A stretch of 64,000 bases of DNA from Halarcobacter sp. (GCA_048571215.1 CP182352.1:1760001-1824000), one strand, 5' to 3'; positions 30,655 to 41,606 are shown, numbered from the stretch's first letter. Program-made: numbers and translations. Notes: generated by a model not told the origin, from the letters alone.

Positions 30655-32385
30655 CTAACAACTTGCTGAATACACTGGGTCAACTTTATAAGTTCCCAAA
30701 TCATTACCTTTTTTATCCATAACATGAACAGCACAAGCAATACATGGGTCAAAACTATGAATAACTCTAATAATCTCTAAAGGCTTACTAATATCTTTTA
30801 CTTTCAAACCAATAAGGTTTGATTCATAAGGTCCTTTTAGACCTCTTGAATCTTCAGGACCTGCATTCCAAGTTGAAGGAACTACAGCTTGATAGTTTTC
30901 AACAACTCCATTTTTTATCCTAATCCAATGACTTAACATACCCCTTGGAACATCACCTATAAATCTTCCTTTATACTCTTTATCTTTATCAATTTTATAA
31001 GAAGTATAAGTATCTTGATCAACTTTTAAGTTTTCTATTAAACTTTCAAAAGTTTCTAAACCATTATCAATAATAGCCTTTGCTTGTAAGGCTCTTGCTG
31101 CAGTTCTACCTAATGTTGTATATAGTGCCTCTAAAGGCAAATTAGTTTTGGCTAAGAACTCATCTACAATTTTTACTATTTTTTTATTTCCTTTTGCATA
31201 AGAAACTAAAATAGCAGCCAAAGGTCCAACCTCCATAGCTTTTTCATCATATCTAGGGGATTTTATCCAAGAGTATTTACCCTTATCATCTACTGATTTT
31301 GAGTGTACCTCTTTCCCATCTGCGCCAATAGTCATTTTCTCTTTTAGACCTGTATATTTTGGATTTGTTTTTCCATTATATGGATGTAAAGCTTCATTAT
31401 CTTCATACCAAGAGTGTGTTGCTTCTTCTGTTATAAAATCTTCATTTATAGGGTATACTTTTGATAAGTCTCCATCTAAAATAATCCCCGTATCAAATAA
31501 AAATTCACTTCTATTTAACTGCATCTCTTTATGTGACATAAAATTCATAGTTCCAGCTTTAGCAGTAACACTAGGCTCAGTTCCATAAGCCTTTGCTGCC
31601 ATTAAAACATCTGCGTAATATGCATTTTCAATAAAATTTGCAACCTCTTTGTATTTTGTTAAATACTCTGACATTCTTGAGGGGTCTAAAAGATCCATAA
31701 CACAAGTAACTCCACCAACAGTCAAACTTTGAGGATGGGGTTGTTTACCACCAAACATTGCCATAAGTTGAGCTGCTGTTCTTTGAACTTCAAGAGCTTT
31801 TAGATAATGTGACAAGGCTATCAAATTTTGTTCTGGAGTAAATTTAAATGTTTTATGTCCCCAGTATGCATTTGCAAAAGGTCCCAATTCCCCCCTTTGA
31901 ACAAAAGCCTTTACCCTATCCTTTGTTTTAACTAAATCATTTTCACCTGTTGCGATTGGGTATTTTGTATATTTAAATGCCTCTTTTGAAGCTTTTGCAG
32001 GATTGGCATCTAAAGCTGATACTACATCAACCCAATCTAAACCATGAAGATGATAAAAATGCACAACATGGTCATGCATAAATAAAGCTTGATTCATCAA
32101 ACTTCTAGTTAGCTTTGCGTTTAATGGTGGGATAATATCTAAGGCATTTTCAACAGCTTCAATTCCAGCTCTATAGTGTGAAAAAGTACAAACCCCACAG
32201 ATTCTTTGCATCAAAAAACCTGCATCTCTTGGATCTCTATTTTTAACAATTGTTTCTAAACCTCTCCAAAGTGTAGCAGTAGAAAAAGCGTTTTTAACAA
32301 CATTGTTTTCATCAACTTCAACTTCTATTCTTAAGTGTCCCTCTATTCTAGTAATAGGGTCAATGATAACTCTTTTATTTGCCAT
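30655..32385 (-). CDS. hydB: Group 1 [NiFe]-hydrogenase large subunit
   Basis: DPITRIEGHLR, QRICGVC, DPCIACAVH plus cleavable C-terminal extension. Confidence 0.95.
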   Translation of the reverse strand: MANKRVIIDPITRIEGHLRIEVEVDENNVVKNAFSTATLWRGLETIVKNRDPRDAGFLMQRICGVCTFSHYRAGIEAVENALDIIPPLNAKLTRSLMNQALFMHDHVVHFYHLHGLDWVDVVSALDANPAKASKEAFKYTKYPIATGENDLVKTKDRVKAFVQRGELGPFANAYWGHKTFKFTPEQNLIALSHYLKALEVQRTAAQLMAMFGGKQPHPQSLTVGGVTCVMDLLDPSRMSEYLTKYKEVANFIENAYYADVLMAAKAYGTEPSVTAKAGTMNFMSHKEMQLNRSEFLFDTGIILDGDLSKVYPINEDFITEEATHSWYEDNEALHPYNGKTNPKYTGLKEKMTIGADGKEVHSKSVDDKGKYSWIKSPRYDEKAMEVGPLAAILVSYAKGNKKIVKIVDEFLAKTNLPLEALYTTLGRTAARALQAKAIIDNGLETFESLIENLKVDQDTYTSYKIDKDKEYKGRFIGDVPRGMLSHWIRIKNGVVENYQAVVPSTWNAGPEDSRGLKGPYESNLIGLKVKDISKPLEIIRVIHSFDPCIACAVHVMDKKGNDLGTYKVDPVYSASC

Positions 32386-32387
32386 TT

Positions 32388-33545
32388 CTACTCCTCATCT
32401 TTTGGGTTTTTATATTTGGAGATTGCTGCATGTACTGCAATACCAATTCCTGTTACTGTTAATAATCCAATACCAATTTTATCTGCTGTTGCATCAGCTC
32501 CAAGTCCTCCAAATACCGTATCATATAATTTATCAGTAACTGGTTCTTCAAAAGTACCCATAGAATCCCAAAAATCAGGCTCACTACAACCAATACATCC
32601 ATGTCCTGCTTGAATAGGCCAAGAGGTGTGTTGATTGAATCTATTTTTTGAACAATTATTAAAAGTATAAGGTCCTTTACAACCCACTTTATATAAACAA
32701 AATCCTTTTTTTGCTCCCTCATCACCAAACTCTTCTACAAATTCGCCTGCATCAAAATGACCTCTTCTTTCACACAAATCATGTACTCTTAATCCATATG
32801 CCCATTTTGGTCTATTATATGCATCTAAAGCAGGTAAAGTTCCATATAAAATATAATGCATCAAAGTTCCCACAATATTTTTTTCACTTGGAGGACATCC
32901 TGGTACATTAATAACTGGTTTATTTGTGATTTTTGATAAGGCTACCGAACCCGTAGGATTTGGATATGCCGCTTGTACTCCACCAAATGAAGAACAAGTA
33001 CCAATTGCAAAAATAGCTTTTGCATATTCACTAGCTTTTTTTGCAATCGTTTCACCACTATTTCCATGTCCACCAACTGTTAAATAAAAATCTTTATCTC
33101 CAGCTGGAATTCCACCCTCAACCATCAAGATATAGTTACCTTTATATTTTTCTATTGCATGTTCTAAATTTGTTTCTGCTTGCCAACCTGCACTAGCCAT
33201 CAAAGTTTCGTGGTACTCTAAAGAGATATAATCAAATATCAATGAATCTATACTTGGAGCATCTGTTCTTAAAAGTGATTCAGTACATCCAGTACACTCT
33301 GCCATATGTAACCAAATAATTGGAAGTCTATCACTAAGTTGTGCAGCTTTAGCTACAAGTGGAGTGAAACTTGCAGGTAAGGCTAACATTGTTGTTATTG
33401 CAGCGGCCCACTTTAAAAAATCTCTTCTTTCAAAATTTTTTTCTTCCAAAATTTTAGGTATTGATTTACTTTCATCTATCTTTGGAAGTTTTTCTATATC
33501 TTCTAATCTTTTAGTTATTTGTATAAATAAACTTGATTCCTTCAT
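32388..33545 (-). CDS. hydA: Group 1 [NiFe]-hydrogenase small subunit (Tat-exported)
   Basis: ERRDFLK Tat motif, ECTGC, GCPP, CLYKVGCKGP, C-terminal TM anchor. Confidence 0.95.
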   Translation of the reverse strand: MKESSLFIQITKRLEDIEKLPKIDESKSIPKILEEKNFERRDFLKWAAAITTMLALPASFTPLVAKAAQLSDRLPIIWLHMAECTGCTESLLRTDAPSIDSLIFDYISLEYHETLMASAGWQAETNLEHAIEKYKGNYILMVEGGIPAGDKDFYLTVGGHGNSGETIAKKASEYAKAIFAIGTCSSFGGVQAAYPNPTGSVALSKITNKPVINVPGCPPSEKNIVGTLMHYILYGTLPALDAYNRPKWAYGLRVHDLCERRGHFDAGEFVEEFGDEGAKKGFCLYKVGCKGPYTFNNCSKNRFNQHTSWPIQAGHGCIGCSEPDFWDSMGTFEEPVTDKLYDTVFGGLGADATADKIGIGLLTVTGIGIAVHAAISKYKNPKDEE

Positions 33546-33557
33546 TTATTTTCCTTG

Positions 33558-33629
33558 ATAAATGAATGTTCATTTATATAAATTTTAGACAAAAAAAATT
33601 GACTAATTTATATGAATGAGTATTCATTT
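33558..33629. promoter_or_regulatory. Two palindromic operators upstream of hydA
   Basis: ATAAATGAATGTTCATTTAT (33558-33577) and AATGAGTATTCATT (33615-33628). Confidence 0.65.
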
Positions 33630-33765
33630 AAATTTTAAAAAGTATCTTACATAACTAAAACTTAAGCCAAACTAAATTTTTAGATTAATTTTAAAAAATT
33701 AAGAAATCCAGCTTTTTGTGAGTAATAATCAATTTTTGAGAGCTGTTTTTTTATAAAATAGAAAA

Positions 33766-33800
33766 ACTTATACCTATTATTTTCGATAATAAGTATAAGT
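33766..33800 (-). terminator. Hairpin downstream of the hydE-like gene
   Basis: ACTTATACCTATTAT...ATAATAAGTATAAGT inverted repeat. Confidence 0.45.
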
Positions 33801-33824
33801 TAATATTGGTAAGTTTTTATTGAC

Positions 33825-35360
33825 CTAAAAATCTAAGGGGTATTCTTTTGGGATTAAGATATTTATATTATTTATTGCTTTTTTTACTTTTGAAAGTAGT
33901 ATTGTGTTTCCAAACATATCTCCACAAAGTATTAAATCTTTTGCTTTTAATTCTGAGTTTATTTTTTCAACATTGTCTTTTATAAAATCACTTAGGCTTT
34001 CATAAAAAGAGTATGCTAACATACTATCTTGAACTCCTGCCATTTTATAACTCATAGTACTTTGAATAACTCTTCTATAATCTAAATAGTTTTTCCCATC
34101 AATTTTTACTATATTCATATCTATTTGAATACCACTTTTAGAATTATATGCTAAAGCTATATCTTCAAACTCTTTATAGTCTCTCATTCCTAAGATATAT
34201 GCTAAAAGATTTAAAATAGACTCAAAGCCATCTGAATCAGTATCTTTAAACTCTTTTTCAAAATAAGTAGCATATTTATTTTTATAATTATCTACTAATC
34301 TTAGAGTATTTTCATCTAAACTTTTTATATCTTCAAAACAATTTTCAATACTATTAAACACATTTGGTATGTGTATTACATCTTTTATTCCTACTCCTGG
34401 CAGATTAATTTTAATAGCGGACTCATCACTTTTGTAGGAAAAATATATCCCGATAGTTGGAACTAATTTTTTATAAAATTGATCAATACATGCCTTATAT
34501 ACACTGCCATATTCATCAAAATAATCTTTTATATTAATAACTTTTCTATCTAATTTATACTCATACTTAGGGAAAAGTCCCTTTTCACCATGGATAATAA
34601 TAGTTTGTCCCTCACTATATGTTACTTTTAATCCATCTTGATAAATATCATCTGCTGTGTATAAAATATAAGAAAATCCCTCTTTTTTTAGTGCATTCGC
34701 AAAAAGTAAAGTTTCTCTATCATCTGGTACTTTTGCATAAATAAATCTAGTCTTAGAAAATTCTGTATCTGAGTTTTGAAGTAATTTAAATTTTAACTTT
34801 ACAAGGGGTCTTTCTATTGAACATAATAATTGCAAATCTTTTTGTGAGATTTCTACCAAATCAGTTATATTATTTATATCTGTAATCAATAGCTTAACTT
34901 CATATCCCTTTTCTTCAAACTCTTCTCTTAATTTAGTAGATGGTAAAAAGAAATCTTTTACTCCATTATGGGTATCTATCCTTGATATCTTTCCTTTTTT
35001 TATAAGTTCAATATCATTAAAAAAATCTACATTGTTTTCTTCTATTGTTTTTGTTATCTCATCATTTGTTAAAAGTGCTAAATTAACTTTTACATCTTTG
35101 TCTTCTATCTCTTTAAAGGCATCAAAATCAAACTTTTCTATAACTTCTGCCTTCCCTAAAAAGATTGATAAGGGTAGTTTTTGTTCTAAAAGTTTAAACA
35201 AACTCTCAATTTTTTCTTCTACATCATCACAAACAATTAAAATCAAATCCTCATAAAACTTTGTATGTGCCTTGGTTCCTGATTTAGTAATTATCTCATC
35301 AATTATATGTTTATAATAAAAATTTGTAGAAAAGAATTCTATTTTATAAATCAATTCCAT
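33825..35360 (-). CDS. hydE: HydE-like hydrogenase accessory protein (Campylobacterota type, HypF-related C-terminus)
   Basis: LCSIERPLVKL, QSTMSYKMAGV, ILCGDMF; ~510 aa directly after hydD as in Helicobacter/Wolinella hyd operons. Confidence 0.7.
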   Translation of the reverse strand: MELIYKIEFFSTNFYYKHIIDEIITKSGTKAHTKFYEDLILIVCDDVEEKIESLFKLLEQKLPLSIFLGKAEVIEKFDFDAFKEIEDKDVKVNLALLTNDEITKTIEENNVDFFNDIELIKKGKISRIDTHNGVKDFFLPSTKLREEFEEKGYEVKLLITDINNITDLVEISQKDLQLLCSIERPLVKLKFKLLQNSDTEFSKTRFIYAKVPDDRETLLFANALKKEGFSYILYTADDIYQDGLKVTYSEGQTIIIHGEKGLFPKYEYKLDRKVINIKDYFDEYGSVYKACIDQFYKKLVPTIGIYFSYKSDESAIKINLPGVGIKDVIHIPNVFNSIENCFEDIKSLDENTLRLVDNYKNKYATYFEKEFKDTDSDGFESILNLLAYILGMRDYKEFEDIALAYNSKSGIQIDMNIVKIDGKNYLDYRRVIQSTMSYKMAGVQDSMLAYSFYESLSDFIKDNVEKINSELKAKDLILCGDMFGNTILLSKVKKAINNINILIPKEYPLDF

Positions 35361-35926
35361 GTGGTATCTTCCTCATTTGGGATTCTTGTTAAATGCTCTC
35401 CATTATAACTTCCAATTAACTCTTGGGCTATAGTTTTCACACTTTTATTATCTTTTTTTATTGCTTTAACTCCAATAGCTTCAATCTCTTTAATTGCTTG
35501 AAGTGTAAACTCTTCAAATCTATCCTCAATAGTTTTTGTAAGCCCAATCTCAACACTTACAATATCTTCTGGGATAATACCTAAAATAGTCACTTCTGCA
35601 TGTTTGTCTAAAACTGAGCATATCTCTAACATCTCTACAATCTCAACCTCATGGGCTGTTTTTCTATATTGTCCAAGTCCAAGTAAAACCTCTGAAGGCA
35701 ATCTAAAGATCTCCCCTACTCTATCTTCAATCGATACAGTATCTAGAATAATAACGTTGTCATACTCTTGAAAAAGTGCCATTAGTTTAAAGCCTAGTGT
35801 TCCACCTTCAATTATCTCTAAATCTCCATCAAACTCATAATTGTTTTCTAAATATTTAGCTGCATAAATACCTACACCCTCATCTTTAAATAAAACATTA
35901 CCAACACCAATTACAATATTTTTCAT
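35351..35926 (-). CDS. hydD: Hydrogenase maturation protease (second copy)
   Basis: GVGNVLFKDEGVG, EGGTLG, TAHEVE. Confidence 0.9.
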   Translation of the reverse strand: MKNIVIGVGNVLFKDEGVGIYAAKYLENNYEFDGDLEIIEGGTLGFKLMALFQEYDNVIILDTVSIEDRVGEIFRLPSEVLLGLGQYRKTAHEVEIVEMLEICSVLDKHAEVTILGIIPEDIVSVEIGLTKTIEDRFEEFTLQAIKEIEAIGVKAIKKDNKSVKTIAQELIGSYNGEHLTRIPNEEDTTWN

Positions 35927-35994
35927 ATAATACCTTCAAATTAAAAACTTATTAAAATCAAATAAATTAACTTAAATAAATTTTTAGGGAAAAA

Positions 35995-36026
35995 AATAGG
36001 CTATGGCATTTTAGCCATAGCCTATT
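35995..36026 (-). terminator. Hairpin after the second cytochrome b gene
   Basis: AATAGGCTATGGC-ATTTTA-GCCATAGCCTATT perfect 13-bp stem with a U-tract on the minus strand. Confidence 0.75.
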
Positions 36027-36050
36027 AATTATATATTAAAAGAGTTTAGT

Positions 36051-36761
36051 CTACTCTTCTATTTTTGATTTTTTGTGGGCAAATTTAGTTCCACCAAATA
36101 CAATATTGATATCACCCTCTCTCCAAAAAATAGTTCTCCAAATTTGATAATAAATATGAGACATAACCCACATAATAAGCAAATACATTGCTGTATGATG
36201 AGCAATTCTAACACCCATATTACCACCAAATAATAGATTTGTCCAATCAGTTGTTAGGTGTAAAAGTGAAGGCCACCAAGAACCTATAGAACTCATACCT
36301 GATGCTAATCCCTGAACATACATTTGTAGCCCTGTAAATAGCATAAATACTAATAGAATATGAAATAGTGTAAAAAACATAATGTTATAACTATCACTAT
36401 ATGTTGAATCAAATTTCTTTCTTCTATTAAATGTTATAAGATTAAAGAACACTTCACAAAACTCAATGAAGTTTTTCTTAGTTGGTAAAATTTTCTTATA
36501 TGGTTTTTCAAATCTTGAAAAAAGATATAAGTAACCAATTAAGATTGCTGTAACATCAAAGATAATTGCAACAATAAAATGTCCCCATCTATTCCATGCC
36601 ATCACATATTTATCAACAGCAGGCTCTGCAATAAGTGTTTGATAATACGGATGACCTATATATAGCCCGGTTATGACTGCTGCAACCATACAAATCGCAT
36701 TCACCCAGTGAATGGTTCGCATGATTGGAGTCATTCTCTCAACCCGCTTCATATTAGGCAC
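36051..36761 (-). CDS. [NiFe]-hydrogenase cytochrome b subunit (second copy)
   Basis: RTIHW, RWGHF, RIAHH, SHIYYQ heme-ligand histidines; follows the large subunit. Confidence 0.88.
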   Translation of the reverse strand: MPNMKRVERMTPIMRTIHWVNAICMVAAVITGLYIGHPYYQTLIAEPAVDKYVMAWNRWGHFIVAIIFDVTAILIGYLYLFSRFEKPYKKILPTKKNFIEFCEVFFNLITFNRRKKFDSTYSDSYNIMFFTLFHILLVFMLFTGLQMYVQGLASGMSSIGSWWPSLLHLTTDWTNLLFGGNMGVRIAHHTAMYLLIMWVMSHIYYQIWRTIFWREGDINIVFGGTKFAHKKSKIEE

Positions 36762-38490
36762 GGCATCCTCCTACTGGATCTACTTTATATACTGCCAATT
36801 CTTTACCTTTTGTATCTATAATGTGAACTGCACAAGCGATACAAGGGTCAAAACTGTGCACTGTTTTAATAATCTCTAATGGTTGATCAGGATCAACAAC
36901 TTTAGTACCAACTAAAGATGCTTCATAAGCTCCCATTCTACCTTTATAATCTTTTGGTGCTGCATTCCAAGTTGATGGAACTACCGCTTGATAATTTACT
37001 ACCTTACCATCTTTGATTTTAACCCAATGACCTAAACTACCTCTTGGTGCTTCTGCCATTCCATAACCTTGTGCATCTTTTGCAACTTTGTCAAAATCAA
37101 ACTCAGTCCAAGTAGATAAGTCACCAGCTGCTGCATTTGCTGCAAGTTCATTACACCAGTCAATTACAACATCACACATCATCTCTGTTTCTATTGCACG
37201 TGCCGCTGTTCTTCCAACTGTTGAAAATAAAACTTTTGTTGGTAAGTTTCCATTTTTTAGGAAAGTTGTAACATATTTAGAGATTCTCTCATCACCTCTT
37301 GCTACACCAACAATCATCCTTGCAAGTGGTCCAACTTCTATTCTTTTGTCATCATATAATGGTGATTTAATCCAAGAGTATTTTTTCTCAGTATCTAAAT
37401 ATGCAATACCATCTTTTTTCTCTTTGAACCCAGTATATTTTGGATTTGTTTTTCCATCAAATGGGTGAAGATTTTCATTTCCTTCATACCAAGAGTGTGT
37501 TACATCTTCAGTAATTTTTGTTTGGTCTAAATCAAAAACTTTTGATAAATCTTTATTTAAAACTATACCACTTGGGAAAAGTTTTTTTGCTTCATAAAAT
37601 GGTGTGTCATCAAGATTAAAATCACCATAACACATATAGTTTCCTAAACCACCACCAACACCTTCAAGTGCTTCATCTGCATACATTGTACCTGCCATAT
37701 AAACATCTGGTAAATATGCTTGTTTAACAAATTTTTGAGCTTTTTGAATAATATCTTTAAACTCAGCAACTCTTACAGGGTTTTTAATATCTTGAACACA
37801 AGTTACCCCACCAACAACTATTGATTGTGGATGTGGGTTTTTACCACCAAAAATTGCTTGAGCTTTTGCAATATCTCTTTGTAAATCTAAAGCATCTAAA
37901 TAATGAGAAAGACCTATTAAATTTTGTTCAGGAGTTAATTTATAAGCTTTACTTCCCCAGTAAGCATTTCCAAATATACCAAGTCTACCTTGTTTTACAT
38001 ATTTAGTAACTCTTGCTTGAACCTCTGCAAAAACATCTTCACTAGCATTCCAAGGTCTTTGACCTGAAACTTTTGCCCACTTTTGAGCTTCTGCAACAGC
38101 AGCTTTTGGATCAGCTTCAAGTGCTTTTGTAATATCAACCCAATCTAAAGCGTGTAGATGATAGAAGTGAACAATATGGTCATGGATATATAAACCACCT
38201 TGCATTAGGTTTCTAACAAGTCTTGCATTCTTTGGAATAGTTACACCAAAAGCATGTTCAACAGCTTCTATACTTCTTTGATAATGTGTACCTGTACAAA
38301 CTCCACAAATTCTCATAGCTAAAAGACCACAATCTCTTGGGTCTCTACCTTTTAAAATCTCTTCAATCCCTCTAAACATAGTTGAAGAACTGTAAGCTTC
38401 TTTGATAACATTGTTATCATCTATTACAGCTTCAATTCTAAGGTGACCTTCAATCCTTGTTATTGGATCTATTACTACATGTTTACTCAT
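36754..38490 (-). CDS. Group 1 [NiFe]-hydrogenase large subunit (second copy)
   Basis: DPITRIEGHLR, MRICGVC, DPCIACAVH plus extension. Confidence 0.95.
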   Translation of the reverse strand: MSKHVVIDPITRIEGHLRIEAVIDDNNVIKEAYSSSTMFRGIEEILKGRDPRDCGLLAMRICGVCTGTHYQRSIEAVEHAFGVTIPKNARLVRNLMQGGLYIHDHIVHFYHLHALDWVDITKALEADPKAAVAEAQKWAKVSGQRPWNASEDVFAEVQARVTKYVKQGRLGIFGNAYWGSKAYKLTPEQNLIGLSHYLDALDLQRDIAKAQAIFGGKNPHPQSIVVGGVTCVQDIKNPVRVAEFKDIIQKAQKFVKQAYLPDVYMAGTMYADEALEGVGGGLGNYMCYGDFNLDDTPFYEAKKLFPSGIVLNKDLSKVFDLDQTKITEDVTHSWYEGNENLHPFDGKTNPKYTGFKEKKDGIAYLDTEKKYSWIKSPLYDDKRIEVGPLARMIVGVARGDERISKYVTTFLKNGNLPTKVLFSTVGRTAARAIETEMMCDVVIDWCNELAANAAAGDLSTWTEFDFDKVAKDAQGYGMAEAPRGSLGHWVKIKDGKVVNYQAVVPSTWNAAPKDYKGRMGAYEASLVGTKVVDPDQPLEIIKTVHSFDPCIACAVHIIDTKGKELAVYKVDPVGGCRA

Positions 38491-39731
38491 TATTCTTCTC
38501 CATCTTCTTTATGTACTGTTCTTTTTCCTGCTACTGCTGAAGCTACTGCATGAACTCCAATACCAATTGTAGTTGCGGTTAATAATCCTAAACCAAACTC
38601 ATCAACAGTTTTTTCAACTCCACCTGTTGGTGCTTTGATATTCGCATCTGCCATTGGTCTTTCATAAGCATATTTATCCCAGAAATCTGGTTCAGAACAT
38701 CCAATACAACCTCGACCTACACCAATTGGCCAGTTTGCACCTTCGTTATATCTAATAATAGAACAGTTATTAAATGTCATAGGACCTTTACAACCCATTT
38801 TATATAAACAGAAGTTGTTTTTAGCACCTTCATCACCCCATTCTTCAACAAATTCACCTGCATCAAAATGAGCTCTTCTTTCACAGTTATCATGAATTCT
38901 ATAACCAAAAGCAAATTTTGGTCTTAATAATGAATCAAGCTCAGGAATTTGACCTGTTAATATAAATTGTAAAACTACACCAACCATATTAGCTGGATTT
39001 GCAGGACAGGCAGGGATATTAATAACAGGTTTACCTTTTACTAAATCCATAACACCAACTGCACCTGTAGGGTTTGGAGCTGCTGCTGGAACACCACCAA
39101 AAGTAGCACATGCACCAACTGCTATAACAGCTGCTGCATCAGAAGATAATCTCATTAGGTGTTCTTGGAAAGTTTCACCACTTGCACCAATTGTTCCATA
39201 TTGACCATTCATTCCTGTTGGAATTGAACCCTCAACAAATAGTAAATATTTACCTTTGAAATGCTCTACTGCATCTTCTAATTGAGCATCAGCTTGATGA
39301 CCAGAAGCTGCCATAAGAGTTTCATGGAACTCTAATGATAATACATCAAAAAGTAAATCATCAACTGTAGGAGCTGAACTTCTAAGTAATGCTTCTGAGT
39401 TACCAGCACAGTCTTGTAACTCAATCCAGATTACTGGAACTCTATTCATAAGTTCCGTAGCTTCAGCCACCAATGGAGTAAACATAGGAGGTAACATCAA
39501 TGTAGCAGTTGTAGCACTTGCCCATTTCATGAAATCTCTTCTGTTTACACCTTCACTCTCAATAACATCAATCATATCAATGTCTTTAAGTGCTGGTTGT
39601 TTTCTTAATGCCTCTAATCTACCTTTTGCTTTATTAAAAAGCGAATTATAATAAGCATCACCTTTATTCGTTTCAACTCTTGCAGAATTCTGGGTAAAAA
39701 CTTTTTTTACCATGTCTTGAGAATCAGCCAT
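38490..39731 (-). CDS. Group 1 [NiFe]-hydrogenase small subunit (second copy, Tat-exported)
   Basis: NRRDFMK, DCAGN, ACPA, CLYKMGCKGP; start MADSQ at 39731 preferred because of the AAGGGG RBS and an operator overlapping the longer start. Confidence 0.93.
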   Translation of the reverse strand: MADSQDMVKKVFTQNSARVETNKGDAYYNSLFNKAKGRLEALRKQPALKDIDMIDVIESEGVNRRDFMKWASATTATLMLPPMFTPLVAEATELMNRVPVIWIELQDCAGNSEALLRSSAPTVDDLLFDVLSLEFHETLMAASGHQADAQLEDAVEHFKGKYLLFVEGSIPTGMNGQYGTIGASGETFQEHLMRLSSDAAAVIAVGACATFGGVPAAAPNPTGAVGVMDLVKGKPVINIPACPANPANMVGVVLQFILTGQIPELDSLLRPKFAFGYRIHDNCERRAHFDAGEFVEEWGDEGAKNNFCLYKMGCKGPMTFNNCSIIRYNEGANWPIGVGRGCIGCSEPDFWDKYAYERPMADANIKAPTGGVEKTVDEFGLGLLTATTIGIGVHAVASAVAGKRTVHKEDGEE

Positions 39732-39751
39732 AAACTTCCCCTTTAGTTTTT

Positions 39752-39878
39752 TAAATGAATATTCATTTATCATCAGTATAAAGTTAGCTATTTTAAACTT
39801 AATATTATCTTAGAAAAAATACCCAAAATAGGAGCTTTAGTAGCAATAAAATAGCATGGCTAAAATGAACATTCATTT
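39752..39878. promoter_or_regulatory. Two palindromic operators upstream of the second hydrogenase operon
   Basis: TAAATGAATATTCATTTA (39752-39769, perfect) and AAATGAACATTCATTT (39863-39878). Confidence 0.7.
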
Positions 39879-39982
39879 ATATAAGCTTTAGTAACCACTT
39901 AGTACTAAAAATACATAAGTAATTTAATATTTAAAAAAAAATTGATTTTTTATTAAAATGTAACTTTTTAACTCAAATTATA

Positions 39983-41341
39983 TTAATGTGTAGTACATAC
40001 AGAACATACATCAAAACTTCTTAATATGATTTTTGCTTTTTCTATAGAATCAGTACCTACAATAGCCTTTTGGGTAGTACCTAAAGTATTATTATCACCT
40101 GGACCTAGGTTCCATACAGTGGGAGTTATGACATTGTACTCTTCTATTTTTCCATTTCTAATAGTAGCCTCATGAAATAATGAACCTCTACAAGCTTCAA
40201 CTACACTTAATGCTGATGAGTGTTCTAAATCATCCAATTTTATCTGTGGTTTTATATAAGATTCTTCATTTATATCTATTTTGGAGATAAGCTCTTTTGT
40301 ACTATATAAAAGGTGTGCTAGTTCATCCATTCTAGCTAATACTCTTGTAAATAGTGAATCTTCATATATGCTGTGTACATCTTTTAAAAGTTTTCTATTT
40401 GAAATAAGTGCTCTTGATAAGGGACCTGTTTCATAAAATAGATTATCATACTTAACAGTTTTTGCCCAACCATAAGCTTTTGGGTTTTCTTCATCTTTAT
40501 CTAAACTATAAGCAAAACTATCATCTTCATATATCTTTTTTAAATCTATTTTATGGCTAACTCTTTTATTTAATCTTCCTTTTTCAAAAAGAGCTGATTC
40601 ACCTAAACTAAGATGTCTATCGTAACTTTTTCCAATATTTTCAAAATCATTTTCAAAAGATATATCTATAAACTCTTTTAGATGTCCTCCAATTTTTGAT
40701 AACTCATAGGTTTTAGATAAGTCAAGATACTTTTCAAACTCCATATTTATTAAACTTTTTTCAAAAAACCTTATGCTTGAATCTAAATAGTTTTTCATTG
40801 TAGCTATATCCATAAGTGTTGGATCACTTACTACCCCTCCAGGTATCATATATGAAGTGTGTGGCCATTGACCACCTATAATCGCTAAAGCTTTTATTGT
40901 TTCACTTGCACACCCAAGTGCTTCTAACCAGTTTTTCCCTTTTAATGGTGTATATTCATTGAATTTTTTAGACGAAAGCTTTATTATATCAGGCATAATA
41001 AACATATAAAACCATTTTATATGAGAATCGATAATTTCAATATTTAAACCTATTTCCCTTAAAAGTTTTGCCTTTTGTGTCACTTGTAAATCAACGCCAG
41101 CGTTTTTATATAGATTTTCTAATAAATTAACAGTTGCAAGAAGATGTGCTTGTCCACAAATTCCACAAATTCTTGGGGTATAAACCAAGGCATCCAAAAT
41201 AGGTTTATTTTTTAAAATATATTCAAATCCTCTAAAGTTTAAAAACTCTATTCGTGCATCACTAATTTTTTCATTTTCCCAAGAACAAACAAGTTTTGCT
41301 TCACCTTCTATTCTTTCTACTAAATCTATTGTTTTCATCAT
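39983..41341 (-). CDS. Cytoplasmic group 2-type [NiFe]-hydrogenase large subunit
   Basis: ERIEGEA, PRICGICGQAH, ends FDVCSVCTTH with no C-terminal extension. Confidence 0.9.
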   Translation of the reverse strand: MMKTIDLVERIEGEAKLVCSWENEKISDARIEFLNFRGFEYILKNKPILDALVYTPRICGICGQAHLLATVNLLENLYKNAGVDLQVTQKAKLLREIGLNIEIIDSHIKWFYMFIMPDIIKLSSKKFNEYTPLKGKNWLEALGCASETIKALAIIGGQWPHTSYMIPGGVVSDPTLMDIATMKNYLDSSIRFFEKSLINMEFEKYLDLSKTYELSKIGGHLKEFIDISFENDFENIGKSYDRHLSLGESALFEKGRLNKRVSHKIDLKKIYEDDSFAYSLDKDEENPKAYGWAKTVKYDNLFYETGPLSRALISNRKLLKDVHSIYEDSLFTRVLARMDELAHLLYSTKELISKIDINEESYIKPQIKLDDLEHSSALSVVEACRGSLFHEATIRNGKIEEYNVITPTVWNLGPGDNNTLGTTQKAIVGTDSIEKAKIILRSFDVCSVCTTH

Positions 41342-41450
41342 AGCCTTTCAATGTGAAAAAAATTTTATCATATTTTTAATATGATTTAATAATAAGCGTT
41401 AGTTTTAGATATAAGAATTGAGTTAAAATAGTTTTTTTATACTTTTTAGT

Positions 41451-41580
41451 TTAATTTATCTTTTTTTTAAGTGTCCAAGCTGAATTGTATTGAGCAAATC
41501 CAATTTTGGGATAGTACTGTGTTACAACTAGTGATGAAAACAAAATCAGTTTGCATTTTGTACCAAGTAGTTCTTGTTTT
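41451..41580 (-). pseudogene. 3' remnant of a GNAT acetyltransferase
   Basis: Manual translation KQELLGTKCKLILFSSLVVTQYYPKIGFAQYNSAWTLKKKIN*, resembling the GNAT C-terminal YY.KIGF motif; no start codon. Confidence 0.45.
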
Positions 41581-41606
41581 TTAGGGTCAGATGCAATGCC
41601 TATGAG

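Noticed and set aside
39732..39773. Longer N-terminus (MINEYSF...) for the second small subunit
   Set aside because: It overlaps the operator palindrome, and a good RBS precedes the Met at 39731
30655..41341. [NiFeSe] hydrogenase or selenocysteine recoding
   Set aside because: All three large subunits have Cys in both CxxC motifs and no in-frame TGA
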